Part shown: piece after piece, positions 20,101 to 29,085 of the stretch | Layout: every line of letters begins with the position of its first letter | Numbering within the stretch: the first letter of the stretch is position 1 | Assembly (NCBI GenBank): GCA_964619625.1 | Contig: CAZUFD010000001.1 | Span: 59,316 to 123,315, forward strand | Direction of reading: 5' to 3' | DNA: 64,000 bases | DNA from: an uncultured Gammaproteobacteria bacterium | GTDB lineage: Bacteria > Patescibacteriota > Patescibacteriia > Magasanikbacterales > GWA2-37-8 | Made by a program: the position numbers and the translations under genes | The notes under the pieces: model-generated | Databases searched by the model: none | Told to the model about the DNA's origin: nothing | Seen by the model: the letters and a program-made list of their open reading frames with translations, nothing else

Positions 20101-23100
20101 TACCAGCAAGCCATGCGCCGCAGCGGTAAATACCTGCCGCGCTTATAAAGGAAACACCGGCAACAATGTCCGTAATATTTTTACCAACAATTTTGAACAA
20201 GCGGTCGCGTCCGATGCTTTAGCTGGCTGGGGACCATCCGCGGATATCGCGCAATCACTTGAATCAACCCGGTCTGGAGAACATTCCTTGTCATATAATG
20301 GCACAGGCGCAGTATACAAGGACATACTATTAACTCCAGGTGAAAGTTATGATCTTACGTTCTGGGCCAAAGGAGCGGTGGGAGAAACAGTTACAGTTAC
20401 TTTAGAAAATAATCAAGTTTCTAATTTGGGTACAATCAGTGTCGGCGATGCTTGGCAAAATTATCACCTCGGTCCAATAGAATTAGCCGGAAATGTTTCC
20501 AGTACCAAATTGCAATTTGCAGTTAACGGCCGGTTATTCTTGGATAATGTTCGCCTCAAAGAAGTTGCCGATTTTATCTATCTTGTCAAAAATTCCCTCA
20601 GTGTTGATCCGGTTTGTGATAGCAATCTAAACGATAATTTACCGGGCGAAGCCTTGGGTTGTTCGCAGTATCAGACCCCAGATAATAGGCCAATTTATTT
20701 AACTGGTTTTACTTCGCTGTGTCGTGAAAAAGCAATCGGTTGTACGGCAGTATATGATACGCGCAATACGCCGGATGAAGTCGGCCCACGAGCGTATAAT
20801 GTTTGGCTATCTGGGCCAGAAGGTCAAAGTACCAGCCGAAATATTATTGGCACGGAATATAGATGCCAGGTTGCGCTTGGTCAAAAAGGTTGTTATGTAC
20901 ATGTAACCGGCGCAAATTTAAGCGCTATAGTTGCCGGCGGAGGCGCGATAGTTACTTCAACTATATACGTGCAGCCAGATTCGCCAACTACCACGCCTCT
21001 ATATTTAGTAGCTAGCCGTGAAGCGACCTGTAGTCCGGTTGATTTAGGTTGTACGAAAGCCGGAAAACTGGTACAGACTCCAACCGGCCCAACGTATACC
21101 GAGGTAATAGTCAAAAAAGATCCGAGCAGTTTTAATACCACGCTTTGTCAGCAGGAAGCGGTTGGTTGTAACGCATACTCTTCAAGCGATGGGGCGCTGT
21201 ACTTTAAAGATCCGCAGTATTTAGGTCAAAAAGTTTGCGCTTACAGAGATAATATAACTAAAAACGGTGTTAGATATAATGGTTGGTTCTGGAAAGGCGT
21301 AGGCAAGTGTGGCGCCGGCGCCGTCAGCGATCCATTCTGTACCAAAGACAGCGATTGCGCGGCCGGAGTTACCTGTAATCAAAAAGATGAACAGCCGTGC
21401 TATCCAAATTATTTGCAATCCGGAAATAGCTACGGCCTGTGGTCGTATGGCGTAAGCAGTTCATATAATAATTTTGTGGGTGAATGTCCTGCTACCCAAA
21501 ACGGTTGTACCGAATTTATAGATCGTAATGAAAATAATAAAACATATTATCTTATTAATGATGACAGGTTAAAGACACAGCAAACTGAATGCAACGGACA
21601 AATCAGTGAAAAATCCGGTTGTATATTGCTTGATAAAACCGATTCGCCAAATAAATTATGGAATACAGCCGCTTCGTATGCGGCCAGCGCCGGCCAAAAT
21701 AATAATTTAGTCGCGCCAGTTGCTGGAACAGGTACGGCCACAAACGATGCCAATGTTATTTTGAAAGTCAGCCGAGATAGAGAATGTGGAGAGTGGCTCC
21801 AATGCCGATCTTCGCATCGTGTCTTTGACACGCAATCGGGCAGCTACAAAGAAGTTTGTGACGCCATCGGCCGCTGTAATAAATCTTTGGATTCATACAG
21901 CAACACCGACTTTATCAATTGCTCCAATTGGCTTGATAACAACCACGAACTCAGCAATCAGATTTTAACTGATGACGCGTACCGCAATCGCAATACCACT
22001 TGGAAAGGCCAGGACTTTAGCGGTTACAGTATTTTAAATACTTTCCCTGTGGAAGAATTGTCCGAAGTAAATGTGGGCAACGCTACCGTGGCCGATTGGC
22101 GTTTGGCCAAAACACTCGCTTGTGGCGGAGGTCCTAATTGCAGATCTGCCGCCGACCTTAATAGTCCATCTTGTAGATCAACCAGTGTTGGGTTGCCGTG
22201 TGGTCGCAATAATGCTGGTGTTTGTTTGGGTTCGGTAAATCCAGTTTGTGTCCAGGATTTAGACAGTCCGGCTGTTGGTGTTCCTCGTCAATCCATAGCG
22301 CCAAGCTGTCGCGCTTATCCGGAAGAAACTTCGCCGTTCCCCAATAGCCAAGCTATCAACGAGTCGCTTGCGTTTAATTCTGTAAATACATGTAATGAAA
22401 ATCCGGGCTTTAGCAATGATCCTGCTAAATACAACAGTTGTGAATGTAATTACACCAAAGTTACATATGGAGACGCAATCACAAAATATTGGAATTTCAG
22501 CAATCCGAACAATGAGGGTATCTTGGATGCCAATAATCAAAATTTACAAGGCGTGGTAAGTGGAATCTGTGTTGGCGGCGACAGCGCCGATCGGGCTTGT
22601 GATTCAGATAGTGATTGCGCTGGCGGAAGCTGTCAAAAATTAAAGAAACAATCTCGTCTTATCGGTTGGCAAGGATATTGTGTGGAACCTGATTTGTCCA
22701 GACCGCTTAATGCCGAACAAAATAGTTTTGCCTGCTTAACCTGGTTCCCTAAAGACAATATCACCGGCGCGTTTGATATAAATAATCAGCATGTGGAGGC
22801 CGGTTTCCAGGCGACCGAAACAAACGGTAAATATTACTGCTTGGAAGCAAAAGGTTATCAGGAAACTAATAGTAATACGGCGGTAAATGGAACGGGTGCG
22901 CTTACATATAACAAGCTTTTGGGGGGCGTGTTAGTCGATCATAATGGAAGTAATAATACTACTAATAGAGAAAAAAGAGTTATAGCAGTAAGTAGTGGCC
23001 GTCCGATTTATCGCGATGAGATTGATTATATTTTAATATCTCCTGGAACCGGTGGCGGAAGCTGGTTTCCAAATACCAGCGAACCTTTCCTGTCTTTCTA

Positions 23101-24757
23101 TATTAGAAATGGTTTGATTACAAAATATAATGGTCCAGTTTGGAATGTAGTAAGAAAGAACGGAAACGATCCAAATGAAGAAATAATTCAAAATGCTCAG
23201 CAGCTTTATAAAGAAGCTGTTAGTTTGGCACCTGGTCAGTATGTTTGGTCCGATGGACGAGATAGTAGATATTGGTATATACGTCATGATGATGGCCAAG
23301 GCGACGGTAACGATCATTATCAGTATGCTGATCCATATTCAGCTGCCACCGGCCCTTTTGCTGATCTGTTAAGATCAGACTGCGCTGGCAGTATAGATGT
23401 AAATGGTAGGGATGACTATCAAGGTGCTTGTTTAGGTATAAATGTAGATGATAACGATGATGGTTGTGCGATAAGGGTAGTCTTTGATCCGGATGGTCGT
23501 TTAAATAGAGTAAACCTGGTTTGTTTTACCGGTGATAGCGCTCAAAATGAAGGAAGATATTTCAATGTTTACGTAGGGCTGCGCGAACCTTGCGCCAATA
23601 TTGCTCAAACCGAAACAAATCCGTATACATCCGTTGGTTGGACAGACAGGTTGTGGCGTCAAAGTACATTTGCAATCCCAACATTAAATTATCGTAATTC
23701 ACTTATCAGTTCTCCATACGGTAGTTTGGCTATGCCAAGTTCACTTGTGCCGGATAAATTAATTAATCTCTTTACCCATTACAACAGCACTGTCTTTGAT
23801 CCGCCGCCTGCGGTGGCCGGTGCTCCTTATTCTTGTATTGGCACTTGTTTACAGACCAATCCAACGGCTCAAGAAGGTTTGTCTGGCACGGCCAGCCAAA
23901 GAACAGGTTTTCAAGGCCAAGAAAGTCTGGGACAAATTTTTGCCAAAGTTGATAATGTTTGGAATTGGGGCTTTAGTACTGTCAATTCAGCCTGGTCGTA
24001 TCAAGCAAATACAAGTCTTACTTATAACTTTACCGAAAGATCATCCGATGCCAATGCTCCGCAAGTCCGCGCTTTGGGAGCCTGCAGACCCGGAGGAAAA
24101 TGTTTGGAAGGTAATGTTGCCGGTATGAGTATAAACGATAGAGCCAGCGGTGATATCGTGTTTAATAGCAACGTTGGTGTTGTTAATGCCAAATTCTTTG
24201 GCTTTGCCAACCAAGATCAAATGCCAATTAGAAAAATTAAATTGGATTGGGGAGACGGCAATGTTGTTTCTCTAGACGGTTATTTCCGTAATCAGCGCGG
24301 CACTGTAAATGGTACCTGCGGATCTGGCGGCACTTGTCTGATTGGCTCGGTTGCCACAGGCAAGTCATGTTCCTCAAACAGCGATTGTACGAATATGGAT
24401 AATTGTTTTGCCGAAAGTCAGGCGCCAAACTTTGGACAGATTGCCGGTAAAACTTGTGACTCCGCCTATTTCCGATTTGATCATGTCTATCAGTGTTCTC
24501 GCGAAAGCAGTAGTTGGACAAATAGTTGTCCGAACGCGCAAGCCCAGAGTTTGTATGGCGGCTGTTGCGCGTTCCAGCCAAAAGTTCAATTAAAAGATAA
24601 TTGGGGATGGTGTAATGGAACTTGTACCGGCGGAGTTGGTGGCAATGGCTGCTATGATAGAGATTGGGGACCGGTGTTAGATCAAAGTTTAGAATGTAAT
24701 TCTTCGGGCGCATATACTCCGTTTGCCGGCAGGATTATAGTTATCCCGAATGATTAA
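17159..24757 (+). CDS. Giant (2532 aa) Cys-rich secreted/surface protein with a carbohydrate-binding-module-like segment; function unknown
   Basis: Single 7.6-kb ORF with an N-terminal TM/signal segment and more than 150 Cys residues. A CBM_4_9-like stretch (YDLTFWAKGAVGETVTVTLENNQV...LFLDNVRLKEV). The C-terminus carries short Cys-rich repeat patterns such as CDSDSDCAGGSC and CSSNSDCTNMDNC. Confidence 0.7.
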   Translation: MPVWRNMTKFQKFGIKFLLAVFTFITIGGSLFYVQPAKAFPVEITWDPGYVWSVYKSFIKDAAVSISIQTFSYFLRRVAYDSAVWLASGGKGQASFAYGKNFGDYLKDVGDSAAGVAIEALGEDFGFNLCKIPDPKIDLAMRIGLTYKFMDLKPDLNTGPGVREPTCTWSTFQNDVLSVDNWQSQFGSSDSIARKFNVAFSVEQTDIGILRGATDKINKYVAKKIEAETLQRQEGEGYLPKTTLISGDILAPGKNISEEAQAQNPNKQIEAAQAGFLTTLGTGAVGTIASAGSIFFNTLASQMLKNWQNKGMLPFGIGCVAGVGTECKDVQDTLSNLQGQVSRGGRQAAQALFSDLLTPPNIAVDQYNVLVNFTNCPTSPGPDNCVADAGLAQAAQEANSGRTVTIAEALEKNWLHAEWRLVSPDRVADNVDPGCHQRAYCYANIAKLRKARILPLGFEIAALNSNPDQPWTLKQVVDGFNDCNFIRDVNGNVVGVDNDPVNKPFCRLIDPNWVLKAPSSKCNFMAYGTSPYFSGTPNRIQECVNMSTCVAYDKDGNCATQGYCTREKNVWKIDAAKCDSQNRTCRTFQDSTGKTVSYLYRTLDTGFCNQDTVGCAEYSLKQNTAGNWVGYAENDLGSLGENSSVYFNNKVSTNCSSNSDGCSSFQVANSSEKLYLKKAPYYSQCYDTDLSTAAIDWPRTASDLNRLPNKPACNNYSQACIADEVNCNWYSPTSYTGDNIPGKYTPATVLEGQIVWNDQCDARCVGYAAYREMPSNYSNGQPVSYIIPSSGNSCNAVDEGCASFTNLGTTEGGLEKVEHYSYLRPCILPDTTKQKTFFTYEGSAVGGFQLKSFVLEKDTDGSPKYFYRTADDLATYAATCSQSLYQQGLANPDCRQFNDDQGAVYYKLLSKTIAVASNCTPFRLNDTELHDVALNEVNCLAQRGKWDATAGSCQVCFQNGEYRDGECFYYGLPGSTPNTAGTSKPCAAAVNTCRAYKGNTGNNVRNIFTNNFEQAVASDALAGWGPSADIAQSLESTRSGEHSLSYNGTGAVYKDILLTPGESYDLTFWAKGAVGETVTVTLENNQVSNLGTISVGDAWQNYHLGPIELAGNVSSTKLQFAVNGRLFLDNVRLKEVADFIYLVKNSLSVDPVCDSNLNDNLPGEALGCSQYQTPDNRPIYLTGFTSLCREKAIGCTAVYDTRNTPDEVGPRAYNVWLSGPEGQSTSRNIIGTEYRCQVALGQKGCYVHVTGANLSAIVAGGGAIVTSTIYVQPDSPTTTPLYLVASREATCSPVDLGCTKAGKLVQTPTGPTYTEVIVKKDPSSFNTTLCQQEAVGCNAYSSSDGALYFKDPQYLGQKVCAYRDNITKNGVRYNGWFWKGVGKCGAGAVSDPFCTKDSDCAAGVTCNQKDEQPCYPNYLQSGNSYGLWSYGVSSSYNNFVGECPATQNGCTEFIDRNENNKTYYLINDDRLKTQQTECNGQISEKSGCILLDKTDSPNKLWNTAASYAASAGQNNNLVAPVAGTGTATNDANVILKVSRDRECGEWLQCRSSHRVFDTQSGSYKEVCDAIGRCNKSLDSYSNTDFINCSNWLDNNHELSNQILTDDAYRNRNTTWKGQDFSGYSILNTFPVEELSEVNVGNATVADWRLAKTLACGGGPNCRSAADLNSPSCRSTSVGLPCGRNNAGVCLGSVNPVCVQDLDSPAVGVPRQSIAPSCRAYPEETSPFPNSQAINESLAFNSVNTCNENPGFSNDPAKYNSCECNYTKVTYGDAITKYWNFSNPNNEGILDANNQNLQGVVSGICVGGDSADRACDSDSDCAGGSCQKLKKQSRLIGWQGYCVEPDLSRPLNAEQNSFACLTWFPKDNITGAFDINNQHVEAGFQATETNGKYYCLEAKGYQETNSNTAVNGTGALTYNKLLGGVLVDHNGSNNTTNREKRVIAVSSGRPIYRDEIDYILISPGTGGGSWFPNTSEPFLSFYIRNGLITKYNGPVWNVVRKNGNDPNEEIIQNAQQLYKEAVSLAPGQYVWSDGRDSRYWYIRHDDGQGDGNDHYQYADPYSAATGPFADLLRSDCAGSIDVNGRDDYQGACLGINVDDNDDGCAIRVVFDPDGRLNRVNLVCFTGDSAQNEGRYFNVYVGLREPCANIAQTETNPYTSVGWTDRLWRQSTFAIPTLNYRNSLISSPYGSLAMPSSLVPDKLINLFTHYNSTVFDPPPAVAGAPYSCIGTCLQTNPTAQEGLSGTASQRTGFQGQESLGQIFAKVDNVWNWGFSTVNSAWSYQANTSLTYNFTERSSDANAPQVRALGACRPGGKCLEGNVAGMSINDRASGDIVFNSNVGVVNAKFFGFANQDQMPIRKIKLDWGDGNVVSLDGYFRNQRGTVNGTCGSGGTCLIGSVATGKSCSSNSDCTNMDNCFAESQAPNFGQIAGKTCDSAYFRFDHVYQCSRESSSWTNSCPNAQAQSLYGGCCAFQPKVQLKDNWGWCNGTCTGGVGGNGCYDRDWGPVLDQSLECNSSGAYTPFAGRIIVIPND

Positions 24758-24772
24758 AATTTATAGATAACA

Positions 24773-24803
24773 AAAAATCTCCCAAATGGGAGATTTTTTG
24801 TTC
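24773..24803. terminator. Bidirectional rho-independent terminator between the giant gene and the convergent lipoprotein gene
   Basis: AAAAAATCTCCCA-aa-TGGGAGATTTTTTG is a perfect 8-bp stem flanked by A-runs and T-runs. Confidence 0.7.
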
Positions 24804-24889
24804 TACTCAAAAGAAGAGATTCTTCTGTTAAGTTGAAGGCGCGGCTCGGACAGTTGAAGGTCCGGCTCGCGCTGGTTGATGGTGGGGTG

Positions 24890-25324
24890 TTAGCCGCATG
24901 TACATTGCTGGGTGTGGTTCGCCGTCGTGGTGCAAGCGAAGCGTCCGTCGTCCTGGAAGTCCTCCAAAGTCGGCATTGCCTGACATGCCTCCAGACAGAA
25001 GGCGTAACAGGTGCCATTCTCTACGACAAACCGCAAGGTGCAGCTGTTCCAGCTGTTATCACCGAGGTTGCACGAACATGCCGTTTGCGTGACCTGTGTG
25101 CGGTACATCGCACAGACATCCGTCGGCGCATCAGTCATGGTCGTGTTGGCGTCGGGGCAGGTGGCGGAGTTGCCGCAACCATTGCCGTCGGGGGGCAGGT
25201 TGCCACCATCCACTTCCGTGGTGTCGTCATCACCATCGTCGGGCGAACTGCCGCAGCCGGCGGTCAGTGCCAGGACCAGGAAGACGAGGGAAACAGCCTT
25301 CGTAACCGTGTAGTTGTAGCTCAT
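24890..25324 (-). CDS. Cys-rich (17 Cys) small lipoprotein encoded in a high-GC (about 60%) islet
   Basis: Lipobox LALTAGC after a signal peptide. G/C dominates third codon positions. The region carries overlapping ORFs on both strands, as expected for high-GC DNA. The minus frame is chosen because of the signal/lipobox. Confidence 0.5.
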   Translation of the reverse strand: MSYNYTVTKAVSLVFLVLALTAGCGSSPDDGDDDTTEVDGGNLPPDGNGCGNSATCPDANTTMTDAPTDVCAMYRTQVTQTACSCNLGDNSWNSCTLRFVVENGTCYAFCLEACQAMPTLEDFQDDGRFACTTTANHTQQCTCG

Positions 25325-25894
25325 CTGAGTCTCCTTCGTCGCTTATGGCGACTTGTTGGGAATTGGGTCGCCTTGGGCGACGAGGTAAGCGTGACGATTA
25401 CCTAGGTCATTAACTGCCTCGTTTTTCGGAGCAATTAGCGACCTGGGTAATCCCGCTTTACTTATGTTTTTTCCACCATCAATTATTGGCTAAATTTGGA
25501 GTTTCCTCTAAAGTTAGCACTTTTTAAAGAGCGTGTTATCTTACGATAACGACCAATTATAGCATATTTTCAGGGTTTTGTCAACCCTGGCCGTAGCCAT
25601 AGTAGGATGCACAAAAAAGTCCTCGCACGCACCCCATTCTTTGTTTGAGAAAATTTTTATCAAACAAAGAACAGGCACCTGCTATGTATGCGCCTACCGG
25701 AAAAATCATTCGTTTCTTATTTCTTAAATCATTATACACCCTATTGCCGTTATTGTTACATAGGCACTTATGCACAGCCCATAAACTCATAAAAAATATT
25801 GTTTCTTTTATCCACAATTCGCTTTTTTAAGCGGCTTTTTAATTGTTGACTGAGCCAAAATATGATACAATTACTTTACCATAATTGATACAGA

Positions 25895-28800
25895 ATGCTT
25901 GCGAGACTTAAAAATAATTTATTTTTGGTTTTCAGTAAAGGCTGGAATTTTTTGCGTCCTCGTCAGAAGCTTGGGTTAATCAGTTTTGTAATTATTTCAA
26001 GTTTAATTATAGCTGTCTGGTTTATATTCACTCCCGTATCTTACGCGCAGAGTTTGGCTGGGGCGGGTGAGTGGCTTCTGGAATTATTTTCCGATCTTCT
26101 CTTTGCGCTTGCCGGTCTTTTTATTAAGCTAACTTTTTTCTCTCTAAAATTTATTATAGAAGTAGCCGGCTACAATGGCTTTATAGATTCTCCGGCGGTA
26201 ATTGTTGGCTGGGTAATGGTGCGCGACATTACCAATATGTTTTTTGTGGTGGTACTGCTTATTATATCTTTCGGCACGATTTTGGGCTTAGAACAATATG
26301 AATATAAAAAATTATTGGTCAAGCTTCTCATGGCTGCAGTTATCGTAAATTTTAGCCGTCTGATCTGCGGACTCATTATAGATATTGCCCAAGTGGTGAT
26401 GATCACATTTGTAAACGGAATTGCGGCCACGGCGAGCGGCAACTTGGTAAACATGTTTCAGGTAGATCAGATATTTAAATTGGCTGAAGGACAAACAACC
26501 AAAGTTGGTTCTACCTTTGAAATTTTTTTGGCAGCCGTAGCCGCGATTGTGTTTGCCACCATGATGCTTGTTACCATGCTAACTTTTTTGTTTTTACTCT
26601 TGGCGCGTATGGCCATGCTTTGGGTGCTCATCGTTTTATCTCCATTTGCCTTTGTGTTAAATGTTTTGCCGCAGACAGAAAAATACGCCAGTCAGTGGTG
26701 GGAGCAGTTTGGAGGCCATGTCGTAGCCGGCCCCATCATTGCTTTTTTTCTTTGGTTGTCATTTGTAACCGTCGGCGCGGGCACGGCTTTTGATGAAATT
26801 AAAAAACATAATGCTTTGCCGCAAGATCAAACTACCGTCTCGCCTGAAGAAGAGCAAACTGGCGTTACTCAAATCATGAGTTGGGCAAAGATGGCAAATT
26901 TTGCAATTGCAATTGCAATGCTGCTTGCGGGCGCGAAAATGGCTGAACAGCTTGGTGTAGTTGGCGGAGGTTTGATGGGCAAAGCCGGAGAGCTCGGAGG
27001 GAAAGTTGCCAGGTATGCTTCCGGTTTACAGGCTGCCAGATGGACTGCGGGTAATGTGCTAAAGCCGGCAGCCAAGTTAGCTGGGCAGGGTCTTTATTAT
27101 GGAACTAATAGAATTCCAGGACTTGCCGGTATTCATCCCGAAGCTTGGAAGCGCAGAGGTAGGAATATTAAAAGCAGAGTGGTAGGTTGGTATAATGAAG
27201 GAAAAGTTAAAGGCACGGTACAAGCCGGAGAAATTTCTAAAGCTTTTAAAGTAAATAAAAAAGGCGAGTATGTAAAGGGTAAAGAAAAAGTAAAAAAGGT
27301 AGATGAGAAGGGTGATATTATGTATGAAAAGGATGAACATGGTAATTATAAGCTCGATAAACAAGGAAATAAAATTGCCATGTACGAAGAAGCAAGAGAC
27401 AAGGAAGGGAACATTTTGAGAGATAAGGATAACAATGTTATTTATAAAGAACAAGAAATTTTGCAGAGCGGTGCGGGTGATTGGTTTAAACGGCAATTTG
27501 CGCGCGCAAGATTAGAGTTTGGAGGGGGTTATGATGCTTTCCATCAGGCTTATTCTGAAGATTTGGAAGCAACAGCAGAAGCGAAGCATGAACAGCTTGA
27601 TCATTTGGCAAGTACTAGCAGTTTGCCTGTAGGTTTGGAGAAACAAAAAGCCAAGGAGTGGCTAGAATTTTTGGAACATACAGGTACTGATATTAAACTC
27701 GGAAAAGCAGCAGATATGGATAAGCTGCGAGAGGATATCATGCACACTATTGAACATGGTGGGCCAGATGTAAATAAAAATCTTGCGAAGCTTGGCTTGA
27801 ATGACAAGGAAATCTTTAAGGCAAAAGAAGGTTTTGACAGGTTTAATAGATCAATGCAGTATAAGGCTAGTACTAAAGTTGCAAAAGAATATGTTGGAGA
27901 AGAGCATAAGAAGCAAGAATTAAAGGCATTACAAAAATATCTTGGAAAAGCAGAAGGTGTTACTTTGGAGAGCAAGACAGCCGAATTAAAAGCAGGGACA
28001 AAACAGATTGAAGAAAAACTGCAGTCACAAAAAGAATTGGAGGAGTTAAAAGAAATAAAGAAATTGCTAGAAGGAAAGGGTGAAAAAGTTCAAGCAGTTA
28101 TACTCTCTACCAGAGCCGAGCTTTTAAATTCTAAAGAGGCTGTAGATATAAAAAATGAAGAAGACAGTTTGCGCGCGCGAGCCCGAGATTATGTAAAGCG
28201 CGGAGAAGAAGATAAGGCGGAAGCGTATCTGAGAAGAGCTGATTCTTTGGGTTTGGAAAAAGCCAGAGAAGCAACCAAAAATTTGTCTGGTGATGAAATG
28301 GCAGCGCGCGCGGCTCTTTTAGCAAACAGGTTAGTTGCAGCTAGAAAAGTTGGTAATGAAGATGAGATTAATGCTTTGGTTCAAAAGTTAGCAGTGCTTA
28401 GAAGTACTGCTATGACCCAGCCTGCCTGGATTAGTCCAGTGGTAGATCGCGAGATAGAAAGAGCTATAGGTATCACTGCTGCCCAAAAGGCTGGCATGAC
28501 ACCGCAACAATATAATTTATCTTTGGATTTAGGTAAAATTTCTGGTGTTAAAAGAGTCGCGACTGACGCAGGCGAGTTAGAAAGTCGTTTAGGGGGTCCA
28601 GCAAAAAATCAAGCTTATTTAAGAGATAGAAGATTGGCAGTAGAAAGCGCTCTTGAGAAGTCAAGGCGCGAGGTTGCGGGAACAATTGAACCTGATTATG
28701 ATAGAGACAAAGGAAAGGTAATATATAGAGTGGTGACAGTTGCAGATTCAAAAAAATCAGATGCTGAGTATATGGCTTGGAGTAAGAAGGTAGATTTAAC

Positions 28801-29080
28801 CACTTCAGCCGGAGCCCCTATTTCTAATTTAGGTCGTGATACAAGCGGTAAGATTTTAAAAGAAGCTTTACAAACATGCGCAACAGAAGTTGAATTAATG
28901 GCCAGCAAGCTGGCAGGTTTAACTGCAAATCAGTTCAATAGAATTCCTAAAGTTATTGAGGATTTGCAAAAATCAGATGATGAAGTAAAAAAAGCGATAG
29001 TAGCAATGGTTCAGGCAAATGATGGTCATAATAAAGATTTCTTGAAACAATTAAAGTCTGCCTTAAATGTTGAAGATTAA
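25895..29080 (+). CDS. VirB6/TrbL(PrgH)-like polytopic membrane protein with a roughly 700-aa K/E-rich coiled-coil C-terminal extension
   Basis: The N-terminal 300 aa have about 6-7 TM helices, in a position expected for a T4SS VirB6 analog. The rest is a low-complexity KE-rich helical region. The call rests on context and architecture. Confidence 0.5.
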   Translation: MLARLKNNLFLVFSKGWNFLRPRQKLGLISFVIISSLIIAVWFIFTPVSYAQSLAGAGEWLLELFSDLLFALAGLFIKLTFFSLKFIIEVAGYNGFIDSPAVIVGWVMVRDITNMFFVVVLLIISFGTILGLEQYEYKKLLVKLLMAAVIVNFSRLICGLIIDIAQVVMITFVNGIAATASGNLVNMFQVDQIFKLAEGQTTKVGSTFEIFLAAVAAIVFATMMLVTMLTFLFLLLARMAMLWVLIVLSPFAFVLNVLPQTEKYASQWWEQFGGHVVAGPIIAFFLWLSFVTVGAGTAFDEIKKHNALPQDQTTVSPEEEQTGVTQIMSWAKMANFAIAIAMLLAGAKMAEQLGVVGGGLMGKAGELGGKVARYASGLQAARWTAGNVLKPAAKLAGQGLYYGTNRIPGLAGIHPEAWKRRGRNIKSRVVGWYNEGKVKGTVQAGEISKAFKVNKKGEYVKGKEKVKKVDEKGDIMYEKDEHGNYKLDKQGNKIAMYEEARDKEGNILRDKDNNVIYKEQEILQSGAGDWFKRQFARARLEFGGGYDAFHQAYSEDLEATAEAKHEQLDHLASTSSLPVGLEKQKAKEWLEFLEHTGTDIKLGKAADMDKLREDIMHTIEHGGPDVNKNLAKLGLNDKEIFKAKEGFDRFNRSMQYKASTKVAKEYVGEEHKKQELKALQKYLGKAEGVTLESKTAELKAGTKQIEEKLQSQKELEELKEIKKLLEGKGEKVQAVILSTRAELLNSKEAVDIKNEEDSLRARARDYVKRGEEDKAEAYLRRADSLGLEKAREATKNLSGDEMAARAALLANRLVAARKVGNEDEINALVQKLAVLRSTAMTQPAWISPVVDREIERAIGITAAQKAGMTPQQYNLSLDLGKISGVKRVATDAGELESRLGGPAKNQAYLRDRRLAVESALEKSRREVAGTIEPDYDRDKGKVIYRVVTVADSKKSDAEYMAWSKKVDLTTSAGAPISNLGRDTSGKILKEALQTCATEVELMASKLAGLTANQFNRIPKVIEDLQKSDDEVKKAIVAMVQANDGHNKDFLKQLKSALNVED

Positions 29081-29085
29081 TTTGT

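Noticed and set aside
24833-25405. Several overlapping plus-strand ORFs (190 aa, 100 aa, 69 aa, 64 aa) in the high-GC islet
   Set aside because: They are Arg/Gly/Ala-rich translations typical of off-frame high-GC sequence. Only the minus-strand frame encodes a coherent signal peptide with a lipobox.
25840-25895. TTGACT...TACAAT promoter-like hexamers upstream of the VirB6-like gene
   Set aside because: The spacing is 14 nt, too short for a canonical sigma-70 promoter. It is not reported as a feature.
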